DNA of 64,000 nt from an uncultured Chroococcidiopsis sp. (GCA_964248365.1 CAXTYC010000002.1:166547-230546), one strand, 5' to 3'; positions 41,262 to 53,413 are shown, counted from the first letter of the stretch. The notes: generated from the letters alone by a model not told the origin. A program made the numbers and translations.

Positions 41262-43310
41262 ATGGACAAAATGAGTCAATTACAGGAGAAATTTAATCTT
41301 TTAGATCGCGTTCCCTTGGGGGTTTGCGTTCTCCAGCAAGATCTATTTGTCCTATTTTGGAATTGCAGCTTAGAAGAATGGACGAAAATACCAAGAGAGA
41401 AGATTTTAGGAACTAAAATAACCGCTCATTTTCCCCATTTTAATCAGCCCCAGTATGCCAACCGTCTACAGCAAATATTTCATGGTGGACCTCCTACCAT
41501 CTTTTCTTCTCAACTGCATAAACATATAATTCCTGCACCACTACCCCAAGGAAAATGGCGCATCCAGCATACAACAGTTACTAGTGTACCTGCGTTGGAT
41601 GCAGACGAATTTTATGCACTCTTATCTATTCAAGATGTCACAGATGTAACTTACCAAATTCAACAATATAGAAATTTGCGGGATGCCGCTTTAGAAGCAG
41701 CGCGGATAAAATCACAATTCCTCGCCAACATGAGTCATGAAATCCGCACTCCTATGAATGGCGTTTTAGGCATGGCAGAGTTAATGTTGAAAACCGACCT
41801 TACTCCCCAACAGCATGAATTTGGTCGGGTAATCTTCAACAGTGCTAATCACCTGTTGACAATTATCAACGACATCCTTGACTTTTCTAAACTCGAAGCT
41901 GGGGAAATGCACCTACAAGCCCTGGATTTTGATCTAACAGATTGTTTGCAAACTGTGATTGATGTTTTATCTTCCCAAGCAGAAGTAAAAGGACTACAAT
42001 TAACCGCTTTAATCGATCCTCAAGTTCCCAGACTTCTCCAAGGCGATCCTGTACGGCTGCGCCAGATTCTCTTGAATTTGCTCGGCAATGCAATCAAATT
42101 TACAGACGTGGGTGAGATAGTAGTACAAGTTAATAGCCTAGAACCAGTAACTCCTAAAGGAGAAAATTTATCACCCACTGTACGTCTTTTGTTTTCAGTT
42201 CGAGATACAGGAATTGGCATTTCCCTACAAGGGCAGAAAAAGCTGTTTCAATCATTTACCCAAGTCGATGCTTCAACTACCAGAGAATATGGGGGAACAG
42301 GTTTAGGTTTGGCGATTTGCAAGCAACTTGTGGAAATGATGGGGGGTGAAATTGGTGTTGAAAGTGAGGCGGGAAAAGGATCGACTTTTTGGTTCACAGC
42401 GCAGTTTAATCAAGCCGCTATAGACCATTGGACAGAATATCAACCGAGTACGGTGGGTATATTGCCCGACTCGCCTCTACACCCACGAGTAACTACCGAC
42501 AACAAGCTCAAAATTTTGGTGGCTGAAGATAATTTGGTAAATCAGCAAGTGATAGTCAATCAACTTCAAATTTTAGGTCACGAAGCAGATTGTGCCACTA
42601 ATGGCGAGGAAGCTTTGGCAATGCTAGCCCAGCACGACTATGACTTAGTATTAATGGATTGTCAAATGCCAGTTTTAGACGGTTATACTACTACCCAACA
42701 ATTGCGCCGGATGGAAGGAAAGGACAGTCATACGGTAATAATTGCCCTCACCGCCAATGCTATGCCAGCAGACCGAGAGCAGTGTTTAGCTGCGGGTATG
42801 GATGATTATATTAGTAAACCAGTTAGCTTAGATGCCCTGCAAGCGGTACTGCAACGTTGGATTACTGTCAAGCAAAGGGCTGAGGAAGCTGAGGGATCTG
42901 GGGAGGCTGGGGAGGTTGGGGGAGAATTTATTGCGAATTCTAGAGAGCCTGTTACACTTAGGGCTGAGTCGGTTCCTCCGGTTGATTTACGTCGTCTGAA
43001 CGAAGTTATGCGCGGTAATAGGGCGCGACAACGCCGCCTTCTAGAAATATTTATCCAGAACACTCAGACAGAACTCGAAGGAATTAGGAATGCGATCGCT
43101 ACCTCAGATGGCTTGACGTTAGGGCAAAAAGGTCATCGCCTCAAAGGTTCAAGCGCTAATGTAGGAGTAAATTATATTGCCACTTTAGCCGCCGAACTTG
43201 AGCTTTGCGCTCAACAAAAAAATTTATCCCAAGCGAATTTACTGCTCACTGCTATTGAAAGTCATTTAGATAAAGTCAAAACTTTTGTTCTGACCCATTT
43301 CTCCGATTGA
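41262..43310 (+). CDS. Hybrid sensor kinase (PAS-HisKA-HATPase-REC-Hpt)
   Basis: PAS-like N-terminus, [47 protein letters not shown]. Confidence 0.93.
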   Translation: MDKMSQLQEKFNLLDRVPLGVCVLQQDLFVLFWNCSLEEWTKIPREKILGTKITAHFPHFNQPQYANRLQQIFHGGPPTIFSSQLHKHIIPAPLPQGKWRIQHTTVTSVPALDADEFYALLSIQDVTDVTYQIQQYRNLRDAALEAARIKSQFLANMSHEIRTPMNGVLGMAELMLKTDLTPQQHEFGRVIFNSANHLLTIINDILDFSKLEAGEMHLQALDFDLTDCLQTVIDVLSSQAEVKGLQLTALIDPQVPRLLQGDPVRLRQILLNLLGNAIKFTDVGEIVVQVNSLEPVTPKGENLSPTVRLLFSVRDTGIGISLQGQKKLFQSFTQVDASTTREYGGTGLGLAICKQLVEMMGGEIGVESEAGKGSTFWFTAQFNQAAIDHWTEYQPSTVGILPDSPLHPRVTTDNKLKILVAEDNLVNQQVIVNQLQILGHEADCATNGEEALAMLAQHDYDLVLMDCQMPVLDGYTTTQQLRRMEGKDSHTVIIALTANAMPADREQCLAAGMDDYISKPVSLDALQAVLQRWITVKQRAEEAEGSGEAGEVGGEFIANSREPVTLRAESVPPVDLRRLNEVMRGNRARQRRLLEIFIQNTQTELEGIRNAIATSDGLTLGQKGHRLKGSSANVGVNYIATLAAELELCAQQKNLSQANLLLTAIESHLDKVKTFVLTHFSD

Positions 43311-43394
43311 ATCAGTTACCACTTAGCGAGCGCGCTTTTAGCTTTTAGCTTTTAGCACTGGTAACTGATAACTGGTAACTGATAACTTACTCAA

Positions 43395-43468
43395 TCGGGA
43401 TGACAGGATTTGAACCTGCGACATCCTGCTCCCAAAGCAGGCGCGCTACCAAGCTGCGCTACATCCCG
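43395..43468 (-). tRNA. trnP: tRNA-Pro(TGG)
   Basis: Reverse complement cgggatgtagcgcagcttggtagcgcgcctgctTTGGgagcaggatgtcgcaggttcaaatcctgtcatcccga folds as a cloverleaf with anticodon TGG; CCA not encoded. Confidence 0.97.
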
Positions 43469-43591
43469 TTTTTGACTCTACAACTACAATATTATAACAC
43501 ACAAAAACAATTCGCAATTGACAAGCGCCCAATTCGCAATTGATGACTCTTTCCACTAGTTCTACTGGTTCGACTGGTTCCACTGGTTCCA

Positions 43592-44155
<564 letters not shown>

Positions 44156-44486
44156 CTAATGGCTATTTTGACACTTTTAATCCTATCGTGTTGTTTCACT
44201 TGCCTGACTTCTTAATCTTAAGAACCTTACCATACTTCACAAAGCAATCGAGTTGCAGTGAGAATTTATTTATGTTCGAGGTTTTTAGACAGAGCCAGAC
44301 AGGATTATCGTATCTAAAACCCGCCATGTCTAACTGTAGCACTTTATGGAGGGGAAAGGGACAAGGGTTAAAGGTTAAAGGGAAATCAGTTACCAGTTAC
44401 CAGTTACCAGTTACCAGTTACCGCTAAAAGCTAATCGCGCGCGTGCTAACCGCTAATTGCTTTGGTGTTAAAGATAGGATAGAAGC

Positions 44487-45431
44487 ATGGCGAAGATTGA
44501 AATTATGGGAGTGCGTCACGTTTACGAGCTAACCAACCCTACGTCATTCCCCCATAGTTTAGTGTTTATTCACGGTTGGCTATTAAGTCGTGCTTACTGG
44601 CAACCCCTAATTGAGCGGTTAGCGCCAGATTACCAGTGCTTGGCTTATGACTTACGCGGTTTTGGTCAGTCCCAATGTAGTCGGGCAACTGATTCAAGTT
44701 ATCACGATGGCTGTAACTCGAATCAAAGTTTTTTGGCTGCTGATGCTGCTGATGTGGCTGCTTCTGGCTATACTCCCTCTGCCTATGCTGAAGATTTAGC
44801 ACTTTTATTAGAAAAACTTAATATCGACAGTGCTTGGTTAGTTGGTCATTCGCTAGGAGGTACGATCGCATTGTGGGGAGCAAGCCAAATGCCAGATCGT
44901 GTTAAGGGAGTAATCTGTATCAATGCTGGTGGTGGCATTTATATCAAAGAAGCCTTTGAGCAATTTCGCTCAGCTGGACAAAAGGTTTTGAAATTCCGTC
45001 CGCGTTGGCTGTCTGGGGTGCCTTTGATTGATTTGGTGTTTACGAGGGCGAATGTAGCCTCTGCGATCGCTCGCGCTTGGGGTCGCCAAAGGATAATTGA
45101 TTTCGTTGTCGCTCAAGAAGAAGCTGCTTTGGGAGCATTGCTAGACTCCACGACCGAAGAGGAAATTAACCGTTTACCCCAAGTAGTATCCCAGCTCAAA
45201 CAGCCAGTTTATTTCTTAGCGGGAGCCCAAGACAAGCAGATGGAACCAAAGTATGTCCGCCATTTGGCAAGCTTTCACCCGCTGTTTCAAGGGTGCGGTG
45301 ACAATGTAATTGAAATTCCCCATTGCGGACATCTAGCAATGCTAGAACAGCCAGATATTGTTGCCACACAGATCCGTATAATTCTTGAGCAGCAAACTAA
45401 GGATGCTTTTGGTGCAGGGGAGAAAGGGTAA
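44487..45431 (+). CDS. Alpha/beta fold hydrolase
   Basis: FIHGW, YDLRGFGQS, GHSLGG, GHLAMLE motifs. Confidence 0.92.
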   Translation: MAKIEIMGVRHVYELTNPTSFPHSLVFIHGWLLSRAYWQPLIERLAPDYQCLAYDLRGFGQSQCSRATDSSYHDGCNSNQSFLAADAADVAASGYTPSAYAEDLALLLEKLNIDSAWLVGHSLGGTIALWGASQMPDRVKGVICINAGGGIYIKEAFEQFRSAGQKVLKFRPRWLSGVPLIDLVFTRANVASAIARAWGRQRIIDFVVAQEEAALGALLDSTTEEEINRLPQVVSQLKQPVYFLAGAQDKQMEPKYVRHLASFHPLFQGCGDNVIEIPHCGHLAMLEQPDIVATQIRIILEQQTKDAFGAGEKG

Positions 45432-45570
45432 AGGATGAAGGATGAAGGATAAAGGGTAAAGGTAAAAAGGGCAGAAGGTGATGACAAGATAAGGAGATAG
45501 GAAGATAAAGAGAATTTCTTCCCATACCCTCATCGGGTCATCTCCCCTGAACCCACTCTCCCCCTCTCCC

Positions 45571-46629
45571 CTACTCCCTACTCCCTACTCCCTCATAAAG
45601 CTGCATCATATCCTTGAGTGCTAGCCGTGAGTGTACGCCTAGAGTTAGAGGGGAGGTATGACCTCTAGTGAGATGATCGGCGGCGGCACAGCCAATCATG
45701 GCGGCGTTATCGGTGCAAAATTTCATCGGGGGAAATAGCACTCGTAGGTTATATGGGGCAGCGGCTGCTTGTAGGTGTTTTCTTAAACTGCTGTTGGCGG
45801 CTACTCCCCCACTCAGGGCAATGGTTTGTAGACCGTAGTCAAGAGCGCAGGCGATCGCTCTTTTGGTGAGACTTCGCGCTACAGTTGACTGAAAACTAGC
45901 GGCAACATCCGCCACTGGCAACGAACCGCCATCTTTTTCCAGTTGTTGCACTAGCCTTAATACCGCCGTTTTTAACCCGCTAAAACTTGAATCATAGCGA
46001 TGATAACCACCACTCGGTTTGGAAACATTTCCTTCCGGTAGTGCATAAGCTTGGGAATTGCCGATTTGTGCCAATTTGTCAATAGCCGGACCCCCTGGAT
46101 ATCCCAGATGTAACAATCGCGCCACCTTATCAAAGGCTTCACCAGCTGCATCGTCACGGGTTTCGCCCAGTGTTTCATACACACCACAATCTTTGACGTA
46201 AATCAAGCTAGTGTGACCACCAGAAACCAGCAAGCTTAAGAAAGGTGGCTCTAAAGTTGGCTCACTTAGGTAGTTGGCATAGATGTGACCTTCTAGATGA
46301 TGAACTCCCAAAAAAGGCTTTTGCTGTACGAGCGCTAAAGTTTTGGCAGCAGTTAGCCCAACTAATAACGCTCCCACCAGTCCAGGCGCACAGGTGGCGG
46401 CGATCCCATCAATGCTTTGCCAGTCGAGTTGAGCTTGTTCTAAGGCTTGAGCGATCGCACAGTTAATAATTTCTAAGTGTTGCCGCGATGCTACCTCCGG
46501 CACTACTCCACCATACTGTTGATGAACTGAAATTTGCGAGTTAACAATACTACTGTAAACTTGACGATTCTTAACAACTGCTACGGCAGTTTCATCACAG
46601 CTAGTTTCAATTGCTAAAACAGTTGCCAT
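45571..46629 (-). CDS. tsaD: tRNA N6-adenosine threonylcarbamoyltransferase
   Basis: [37 protein letters not shown] motifs. Confidence 0.97.
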   Translation of the reverse strand: MATVLAIETSCDETAVAVVKNRQVYSSIVNSQISVHQQYGGVVPEVASRQHLEIINCAIAQALEQAQLDWQSIDGIAATCAPGLVGALLVGLTAAKTLALVQQKPFLGVHHLEGHIYANYLSEPTLEPPFLSLLVSGGHTSLIYVKDCGVYETLGETRDDAAGEAFDKVARLLHLGYPGGPAIDKLAQIGNSQAYALPEGNVSKPSGGYHRYDSSFSGLKTAVLRLVQQLEKDGGSLPVADVAASFQSTVARSLTKRAIACALDYGLQTIALSGGVAANSSLRKHLQAAAAPYNLRVLFPPMKFCTDNAAMIGCAAADHLTRGHTSPLTLGVHSRLALKDMMQLYEGVGSRE

Positions 46630-47006
46630 AAAGAGGGGTTAGGGGCTAGAGGCTAGGGGCTAGTGAGTAGTGGAACCAGTGGCTAGAAGAGGGCAAAAGG
46701 AGACAAAAGGAGGCCAAAGGAGGCAAAAGGGAGAAAGTGCATTCAAATTTCTTGACTTGAAACCAGGGATATGATATTAAACGCCCCCTCAGCTCCCTTT
46801 TGCTCCCTCAGCTTCCCCAGCTCTCTTCTAGCCACCGATTCCACTAGTCACTATTATTAAGTAGCTTAAAGTTTAATTTGCTTTAACTTTACTCTTGATC
46901 ACCCACAAGAGTATGATTGCATCCAAGTGAGTGCGAACATAGCTGTACAAACCGACTTGTTTTGTAACAACTAACTTTTTGTTTTGTCACAAAAGGAAAC
47001 AATTTC

Positions 47007-47519
47007 ATGCGACGATTGTTTGCTCTAATTCTTGTGGTTGGGCTGTGGTTTAGTTTTACTCCTTCAGCCAAAGCAGTAGAAAATAATTTACAGGCTAATC
47101 TAGTACGTTGCAGTGATTCACCTGCGTTTATCCAACGGGCGCAAAATGCTCGTAATACCACCTCTGATCCCGAATCAGGGATCAAGCGATTTGAACGTTA
47201 CGCTCAGGCTATGTGTGGTCCTGAAGGTTTACCCCACCTAATTGTAGATGGTCGTCTCGATCGCATTGGTGACTTCACAATTCCTGGTATTCTCTTTCTC
47301 TACCTGGCAGGTTGGATTGGTTGGGCAGGTCGCTCCTATCTACAATCAGTCAAAAAAGACACAGGTGGTGCTTCCGAAAGCAAAGAAGTTAATATCGATG
47401 TGCCTATGGCGCTCAAGGCTTTTGGCTTAGGTGCAACGTGGCCTATAGGAGCTGTGAAAGAATTACTCACAGGTGAATTAACCGCAAAAGACGAAGAAAT
47501 TCCCGTTTCACCACGCTAA
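47007..47519 (+). CDS. psaF: Photosystem I subunit III
   Basis: Signal peptide, [39 protein letters not shown]-terminus. Confidence 0.97.
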   Translation: MRRLFALILVVGLWFSFTPSAKAVENNLQANLVRCSDSPAFIQRAQNARNTTSDPESGIKRFERYAQAMCGPEGLPHLIVDGRLDRIGDFTIPGILFLYLAGWIGWAGRSYLQSVKKDTGGASESKEVNIDVPMALKAFGLGATWPIGAVKELLTGELTAKDEEIPVSPR

Positions 47520-47559
47520 TTTCTACTTACCTTAATTGACTTGTTTTGGAGACAAATTC

Positions 47560-47709
47560 ATGGCAAAGGAAAACGACCAAAAAAATTATTTCTTGCAGTA
47601 TCTTTCCCTCGCACCAGTGCTAGCTGTTGTGTCAATTTCAGTTGCATTCTCTACTTGGGCGATATTTAACTACTTTTTCCCAGATCTTCTTTTCCACCCA
47701 TTACCCTAA
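47560..47709 (+). CDS. psaJ: Photosystem I subunit IX (49 aa; below the ORF-track cutoff)
   Basis: GGAG RBS; MAKENDQKNYFLQYLSLAPVLAVVSISVAFSTWAIFNYFFPDLLFHPLP*; directly after psaF. Confidence 0.92.
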   Translation: MAKENDQKNYFLQYLSLAPVLAVVSISVAFSTWAIFNYFFPDLLFHPLP

Positions 47710-48247
47710 TGAGGGGCTAGAGGAAAGCAGGGGGGCAGAGGGTGCAGGGGGCAGAGGGGCAGAGGGGGAATTTCGACTTTCGACTTTCGACTTTCCTTTA
47801 CCCTTTACCCTTTGCCCTTTTTCTAATCCCTAGTTCCTATGGGAGGCAATGATAAATCACTCAAGTGGATGATGCTGAGTTGAGCGCAATCTACTACTTA
47901 TTTAGTGCTAGAGCGTGTTTCATATTTTTAACATCATTCGCTTGTTGTGTAGACTAAATTCATCTACCAATTAACAGCGACTAGTGAAACACAGCAACAG
48001 TAAATAGTAAACCTCTGCTGTGAAATTGATAACTGATAACTGATAACTGATAACAGTTGTGTCAATTAACCAAATGGCATATTTTAAAAGCTCACTGACT
48101 ACTTTAGTTAGCGCAAGTTTGAGCTGTTTTTAATTGTTAGCTATTAGCTAAATTAATTTTTCTAAACTTCTCTGTCAAAATTGATATTCAGCTACAATTA
48201 TTCACCTAAAATAATGCCACTACCTTGTTTAGATACCAAGACAAAAT

Positions 48248-48781
48248 ATGGCGCAAGCAATCGATGCATCAAAAGATCGCCCCAGCGATCCTAGAAACCG
48301 CGAGGTTGTGTTTCCAGTCAAGCGCGATCCGCAAATCGGCAACTTAGAAACGCCGATTAATAACTCAGGACTTAGCAAGTGGTATATTAATAACTTGCCC
48401 GCCTATCGTCAGGGAATTACTCCCCTCAGACGCGGGATAGAAGTTGGGATGGCTCACGGTTATTGGCTAATTGGTCCTTTCGCTAAGCTAGGTCCGCTGC
48501 GTGATACAGATGTTGCTAACTTAGCCGGACTGTTGGCAACTCTAGGTATGATTGCCATCTCTACTGCTGCTATGTCTCTGTATTCAGCTAGTAATCCACC
48601 CCAACCACTTGCTATTGTAAACACCAATTATCAAGTGTCAGATACTTATAAGTCCCAAGAAGGCTGGAACACTTATATAAGTGGTTTCTTGGTTGGTGGA
48701 ATTGGCGGAGCTGTCTTTGCCTACTTTGTGTTGGCAAATATTCAAGTGATCGGAAATATCTTCGGTGTGTTTGGTGGTTAA
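48248..48781 (+). CDS. psaL: Photosystem I subunit XI
   Basis: GNLETPIN, NLPAYR, EVGMAHGYW, KLGPLR motifs. Confidence 0.96.
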   Translation: MAQAIDASKDRPSDPRNREVVFPVKRDPQIGNLETPINNSGLSKWYINNLPAYRQGITPLRRGIEVGMAHGYWLIGPFAKLGPLRDTDVANLAGLLATLGMIAISTAAMSLYSASNPPQPLAIVNTNYQVSDTYKSQEGWNTYISGFLVGGIGGAVFAYFVLANIQVIGNIFGVFGG

Positions 48782-48824
48782 TTCGATTTAGTACTAAGGG
48801 CGGTTAGCGATCGCCCACTTCGAT

Positions 48825-48880
48825 ACGCTGATGAATGTAGGTAAGTTTGGATAACCAAATTTATCTCCATCTATCAGCGT
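48825..48880. terminator. Long imperfect hairpin between convergent psaL and gmk
   Basis: acgctgat...ggtaagtttgg-ataa-ccaaatttatct...atcagcgt; no clear U-tract. Confidence 0.45.
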
Positions 48881-48963
48881 TAAAATTAACTCGCTTCTAG
48901 GCTGAGCCTGGGAGCCTTGGAACTAGGCTCTTGCCTAGTAACTAGACAAAAGATTAGGCTTGA

Positions 48964-49572
48964 TTAGCCAAATAAAGCAGCTTCTATATCTTTGAGCGCG
49001 GTTTCAAAATCATCATTAATAATTTCAAAATCAAATTCCCCAGCAGCATTAATTTCTTCTTGAGCGCGACGAAGACGACGGGCGATCGCTTCCTCCGAGT
49101 CCTGTCCCCGATTGCGGATACGCTGCTCTAGTTCCTGCATCGAAGGAGGCATAATAAAAATTCGCAAAGCAAGGGGAAATGTTGCTCGAATTTGTCGCGC
49201 CCCTTCTAACTCAATTTCCAATAACACCCACTTGCCTTGATGAATTTTCTCTTCTACTTGTTGACGCAAAGTACCGTAGAAGTTTCCAGCAAATTCAGCC
49301 CACTCTAGCAGTTCTTCAGAGGCGACCATTCGGTCAAACTGTTCGCGGCTAACAAAGTAGTAGTGCTGACCGTCAATTTCACCCGCACGGGGAGAACGGG
49401 TGGTGACTGAAACCGAAAGATATAATTCGGAATGACGTTGTAGGAGACTTCGCACCAAAGTACCTTTACCCACGCCACTTGGACCTGTCAAAACAATTAG
49501 TCTGCCAGTCGTTGGGGAAAGTTCCGTACTTGTTGAATTATCAATAGACAAAACTTGCGTCATCCGCATCAA
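48964..49572 (-). CDS. gmk: Guanylate kinase
   Basis: [34 protein letters not shown] motifs. Confidence 0.97.
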   Translation of the reverse strand: MMRMTQVLSIDNSTSTELSPTTGRLIVLTGPSGVGKGTLVRSLLQRHSELYLSVSVTTRSPRAGEIDGQHYYFVSREQFDRMVASEELLEWAEFAGNFYGTLRQQVEEKIHQGKWVLLEIELEGARQIRATFPLALRIFIMPPSMQELEQRIRNRGQDSEEAIARRLRRAQEEINAAGEFDFEIINDDFETALKDIEAALFG

Positions 49573-49624
49573 ACTTAAAAGTGAAAAAATTTAGGTATAT
49601 TTCACATCGTACTGCTAATACAGT

Positions 49625-49888
49625 TCAATTGTCTGCATGATGATCGCGACCAACTACAAAGCGATTTGCCACTGTTTCCGGCTGAATTGCCGAGAGAATC
49701 ACATGGCTCGAATCAGTAATAATTACAGCCCGTGTGCGACGACCGTAAGTTGCGTCAATCAGCTGCCCTCGATCGCGCGCATCAGTAATGATACGCTTAA
49801 TAGGGGCAGACTCTGGACTGACAATGGCAACTACTCGGTTGGCAGAGACAATGTTGCCAAAGCCGATGTTGATCAGCTGAATGTCCAT
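49625..49888 (-). CDS. remA: RemA/DUF370 family regulator
   Basis: LINIGFGN.V...[21 protein letters not shown]; upstream of gmk. Confidence 0.92.
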   Translation of the reverse strand: MDIQLINIGFGNIVSANRVVAIVSPESAPIKRIITDARDRGQLIDATYGRRTRAVIITDSSHVILSAIQPETVANRFVVGRDHHADN

Positions 49889-50202
49889 GACGTTCTGACG
49901 CGACAAACGCGGTATGAGGAGCGATTTAAAAACCTACTTTTCATGGTATCTATAAAAATTTGGAGTTACAAGGCTAAAATCACCGAAAAATCAGGTTTTT
50001 GGTTTTTCTATCGGATTTTTGACCGTTTTCTACCTTTAGACATGGTTCAAAAGATAGATAATAATTGGTAATTGGTAGTTGGTAGTTGGTAGTTGGTAAT
50101 TGGTAATTTGTCTCCCCCTTGCCCCCTAATCCCCACAACGCGAGTGAAGAGCTTCCCCCTCTCCCTACTCCAAAACGAACTACTCCCTAACCCCTATTAA
50201 TT

Positions 50203-51942
50203 GTGCAACCAGTTGATTTCACCACATTGACCGCTGCTTGTAGCGAAATTAGTGCTTATTGGATACCAGCGCGTCTAGAGCAGGTGTATCAGCGCGATCG
50301 CTACACAGTCACCCTGGGATTACGTACCCTCAAACAACGGGGGTGGTTAGAAATTTCTTGGCATCCCCAAGCTGCTCATATTTGTATCGGCGATCCACCA
50401 CCGCGAACACCAGATACATTTACCTTTAGCCAACAAATATTACACCAGTTAAATGGTTTGGCACTCGTTTCTTGTGCTTGTGTAACTCCTTGGGAGCGTG
50501 TCGTCGATTTGCAATTTGCCCGTCGTCCAGGCGAAAGTGCTGTTTGGCATTTGTACGCCGAGGTCATGGGTAAATACAGCAATGTCATCCTCACAAACTC
50601 AGCTAACGAAATTATCACAGCTGCCCATCAAGTCAGTTCCACTCAATCTAGCGTACGTCCAATTCAAACAGGACAAACTTACGAACTACCTCCCACACTG
50701 ACAGGGACAATTCCAAGTTTGAGCGAACCCCAAGAACGCTGGCAAGAAAGAGTAAATTTAGTACCAGGAGCAATAAAGCGCTGTTTACTAAAAAGCTATC
50801 GCGGTTTAAGTCCTGCTCTAGTGCAGTCAATGATACAAGTAGCGAGTTTAGATCCTGAACAATCTAGTGATAGCCTCAACGCTACCGACTGGCTTCGTCT
50901 GTTTCAATATTGGCAAGAATGGCTCGAAGCTTTAGAAAAATCTCAGTTTCAACCAGGTAAGACACAAGAGGGATATACGGTACTCGGTTGGAATGTAATT
51001 AAAGGGGCTTCAAACGTTCAAGAATTACTCAATCAGTACTATACTCAGCAGCTAAATCAACAAGAATTTAGCCAACTGCGCCATCAGCTAAATCAGAAAC
51101 TGAATAATATTCTGGAAAAGTTGCGGAGCCGCCGGCGCACATTTGAAGAACGCTTACAGCAATCCGATCGCGCAGATGACTATCGCCACTTGGCTGATTT
51201 GCTGATGGCTCACCTGCAAGACTGGCAGCCTGGGATGAAATCTATTACCCTAGCTGATTTTGATAGTGGCAAAACAGTGGCGATCGCTTTAGATCCAGAA
51301 AAAAATGCTATCCAAAATGCCCAAAGTCTATACAAAAAAGCAGGTAAGCTCAAACGCGCCAGGAGTGCAGTCGAGCCATTGATAGCAGAGGTACAGCCAG
51401 AAATTGAGTATTTAGAGCAAGTAGAAGAGGCGAAAGATCAGATAGAAAAGTATCAATCCTCCGAAGACTTAGAAGCCCTGCAAGAAATCCGCGAAGAGCT
51501 AATTGGGCAGGGGTATATGTCAGAGCCAGAATATCTCAGGCGCAGTTCTAATACCCCATCGATGGTCAATTTCCTTCGTTACCGTACCCCCAGCGGCTTT
51601 GAATTATTAATCGGTCGTAACAATCGGCAGAATGACCAACTAACGTTTCGTTTGGCTGGAGATTATGACCTCTGGTTTCATGCACAGGAAATTCCAGGTA
51701 GTCATGTACTAATGCGAGTAGAGCCAGGATCTGTACCGGATGAAGCAGATTTGCAAATTGCCGCTGATTTTGCTGCTTTTTACAGTCGTTCTCGCCAAAG
51801 TGACACTGTTGCAGTTGTCTATACCGAACCAAAGCACGTTTATAAACCCAAGGGAGCAAAACCTGGAATTGCTCTTTACAAGCAAGAGCGGATTATTTGG
51901 GGAAATCCTCACCAGGCAAAACAGCAGATCAATAATTCGTAA
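50203..51942 (+). CDS. rqcH: NFACT/RqcH (Rqc2, FbpA-like) ribosome quality control protein
   Basis: MQPVDF, EVMGKYSN, NAQSLYKK..KLKR, GRNNRQND, WFHAQEIPGSHV, KPKGAKPG motifs. Confidence 0.92.
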   Translation: MQPVDFTTLTAACSEISAYWIPARLEQVYQRDRYTVTLGLRTLKQRGWLEISWHPQAAHICIGDPPPRTPDTFTFSQQILHQLNGLALVSCACVTPWERVVDLQFARRPGESAVWHLYAEVMGKYSNVILTNSANEIITAAHQVSSTQSSVRPIQTGQTYELPPTLTGTIPSLSEPQERWQERVNLVPGAIKRCLLKSYRGLSPALVQSMIQVASLDPEQSSDSLNATDWLRLFQYWQEWLEALEKSQFQPGKTQEGYTVLGWNVIKGASNVQELLNQYYTQQLNQQEFSQLRHQLNQKLNNILEKLRSRRRTFEERLQQSDRADDYRHLADLLMAHLQDWQPGMKSITLADFDSGKTVAIALDPEKNAIQNAQSLYKKAGKLKRARSAVEPLIAEVQPEIEYLEQVEEAKDQIEKYQSSEDLEALQEIREELIGQGYMSEPEYLRRSSNTPSMVNFLRYRTPSGFELLIGRNNRQNDQLTFRLAGDYDLWFHAQEIPGSHVLMRVEPGSVPDEADLQIAADFAAFYSRSRQSDTVAVVYTEPKHVYKPKGAKPGIALYKQERIIWGNPHQAKQQINNS

Positions 51943-52109
51943 TTCGTAATTGATGATTCTCCCCCAGCGAACCTGCTCTCCCCGCTGTCCCGCTGTCATC
52001 GTTCTATATAGATAAACACAGATGAAGTTTCATCCCTCTGGGGAAATAGTTTAGTCAAGAAACTATGAAGTTTGATAAAAAAGTCTGTGTTTATCGTTAC
52101 AATATAAAG

Positions 52110-52235
52110 CAAAGGGAAGAACAAGTTTTTACCCGCTGGGGCTACGAAAGCGCAGTTTGGTAAGATTCCCCTATTTTATCCGACAACGTTACAAAAATTA
52201 TCAAGACCAGCTGTGGTAGGCTGGTCATTTTTTTT
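52110..52235 (+). ncRNA. Candidate ~125-nt sRNA, possibly PsrR1-like
   Basis: TACAAT -10 box at 52098-52103, long 5' hairpin (gggaa..ttacc..gctg/cagt..ggtaa..ttccc), single-stranded linker, intrinsic terminator; family identity unverified. Confidence 0.5.
52205..52235 (+). terminator. Rho-independent terminator
   Basis: gaccagc-tgtggtag-gctggtc followed by aT8. Confidence 0.8.
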
Positions 52236-52420
52236 CATGTAGAAACGCAGTATATCCATGTAGAGGCAAAGGTATATCATGTGTCTACAGTATATGAATC
52301 AATTAAAGTGCGGGCGTGGTGTTAACAAGATACAAGTCTTGGTACTCCAGAGTCTTGACGTGATGCATAAAGCCCCGCCATGCTTTTTGTAAACTCTTTT
52401 AAATGCGATCAAGGTAGCTT

Positions 52421-52912
52421 GTGAACATCCAGCAACTACGTCATGCTTTGAAAGTCAAGTGGCTGCTTTACTATAGGCAGAATCGACCTTGGCTCATTAA
52501 AATAAGAATTTGGGGAACTTATGAAGGCAAGCGCCGTCCTTCTTCTAGTTTCATCTTGGCAACTTTGACTAATTTAGAGCCAAAACTAATTGAGATGCTG
52601 CCTTTTATTGTGTCCTTAAGCAATAATCCCGACTCTATTGTGGTAGCTTTGGGGCTTAACTTCAATCCCGAAGAGGAATTGAAATCATTAACACAGGCGG
52701 AATCTGTAGTTGAGGTAAATACTAATGGCAATGTATTGCCGCAAACTCCCATTGTGAAGACAAACACCAATGGCAACGGTGTGTCTGGGCAATTGTCAAA
52801 AATCAAGAGTGAAGTCAGTTTACCGACTCCCACTGGGGCGACTAATCTTCCTTCGTGGCTAGATGAAACTTGTAAAGGCGTGGGATGGAATCGCCACAAT
52901 CTAGCACAATAG
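52421..52912 (+). CDS. DUF5331-like cyanobacterial protein
   Basis: [29 protein letters not shown] pattern. Confidence 0.75.
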   Translation: MNIQQLRHALKVKWLLYYRQNRPWLIKIRIWGTYEGKRRPSSSFILATLTNLEPKLIEMLPFIVSLSNNPDSIVVALGLNFNPEEELKSLTQAESVVEVNTNGNVLPQTPIVKTNTNGNGVSGQLSKIKSEVSLPTPTGATNLPSWLDETCKGVGWNRHNLAQ

Positions 52913-53077
52913 TTTTTTTGGTCTACTTAACATCTAACCGAAACAGTTACCAGCTATCAGTTATCAGTTATCAGTTATCAGTTACCAGTTACCAGTTATC
53001 AGTTATCAATTTCGGTTGGGGTTCACTGTTTACTGTTGACTGTTTACTGTTCACTATTTCACTGGTGGGGATAACTG

Positions 53078-53413
53078 TTAAGACCCAGTAGACCTTTTTG
53101 TTATTTGTTGAAATGAAAGCTGGATAGCAAGAGCAACTAAACCTACAGCTACTATACCAAATATTCCTGTTCCCAAAGCAGCTATACCCACCACCAGGGT
53201 ACGAACAGCAGCGGCAATATTGGCTACGGCTGGATTGTTAGAATGAATCGGTTTAGAAGCAAAAGAAAAGGCGATAGATGCTGTTAAGGAATATGAAGCG
53301 ATCGCAATTCCTCCAGCCATCAAAGCCCCAGTCAAACAGCGCAAAGGAGTTGATGTTTGCTCCAGTTTAGATGACTTGGTAGTAGGTTTTTCTGTTGGTG
53401 TAAGATTGTTCAT
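53078..53413 (-). CDS. DUF3082 family membrane protein
   Basis: PLRCLTGA, IAAAVRTLVVG; start trimmed to ATG 53413 (upstream part is repeat-derived). Confidence 0.8.
   Translation of the reverse strand: MNNLTPTEKPTTKSSKLEQTSTPLRCLTGALMAGGIAIASYSLTASIAFSFASKPIHSNNPAVANIAAAVRTLVVGIAALGTGIFGIVAVGLVALAIQLSFQQITKRSTGS

Noticed and set aside
33184..43468. Active integrative element at tRNA-Pro carrying the che locus
   Set aside because: No integrase and no duplicated tRNA 3' end found near 33.2-33.3 kb; the locus carries host HIP1 sites and repeats
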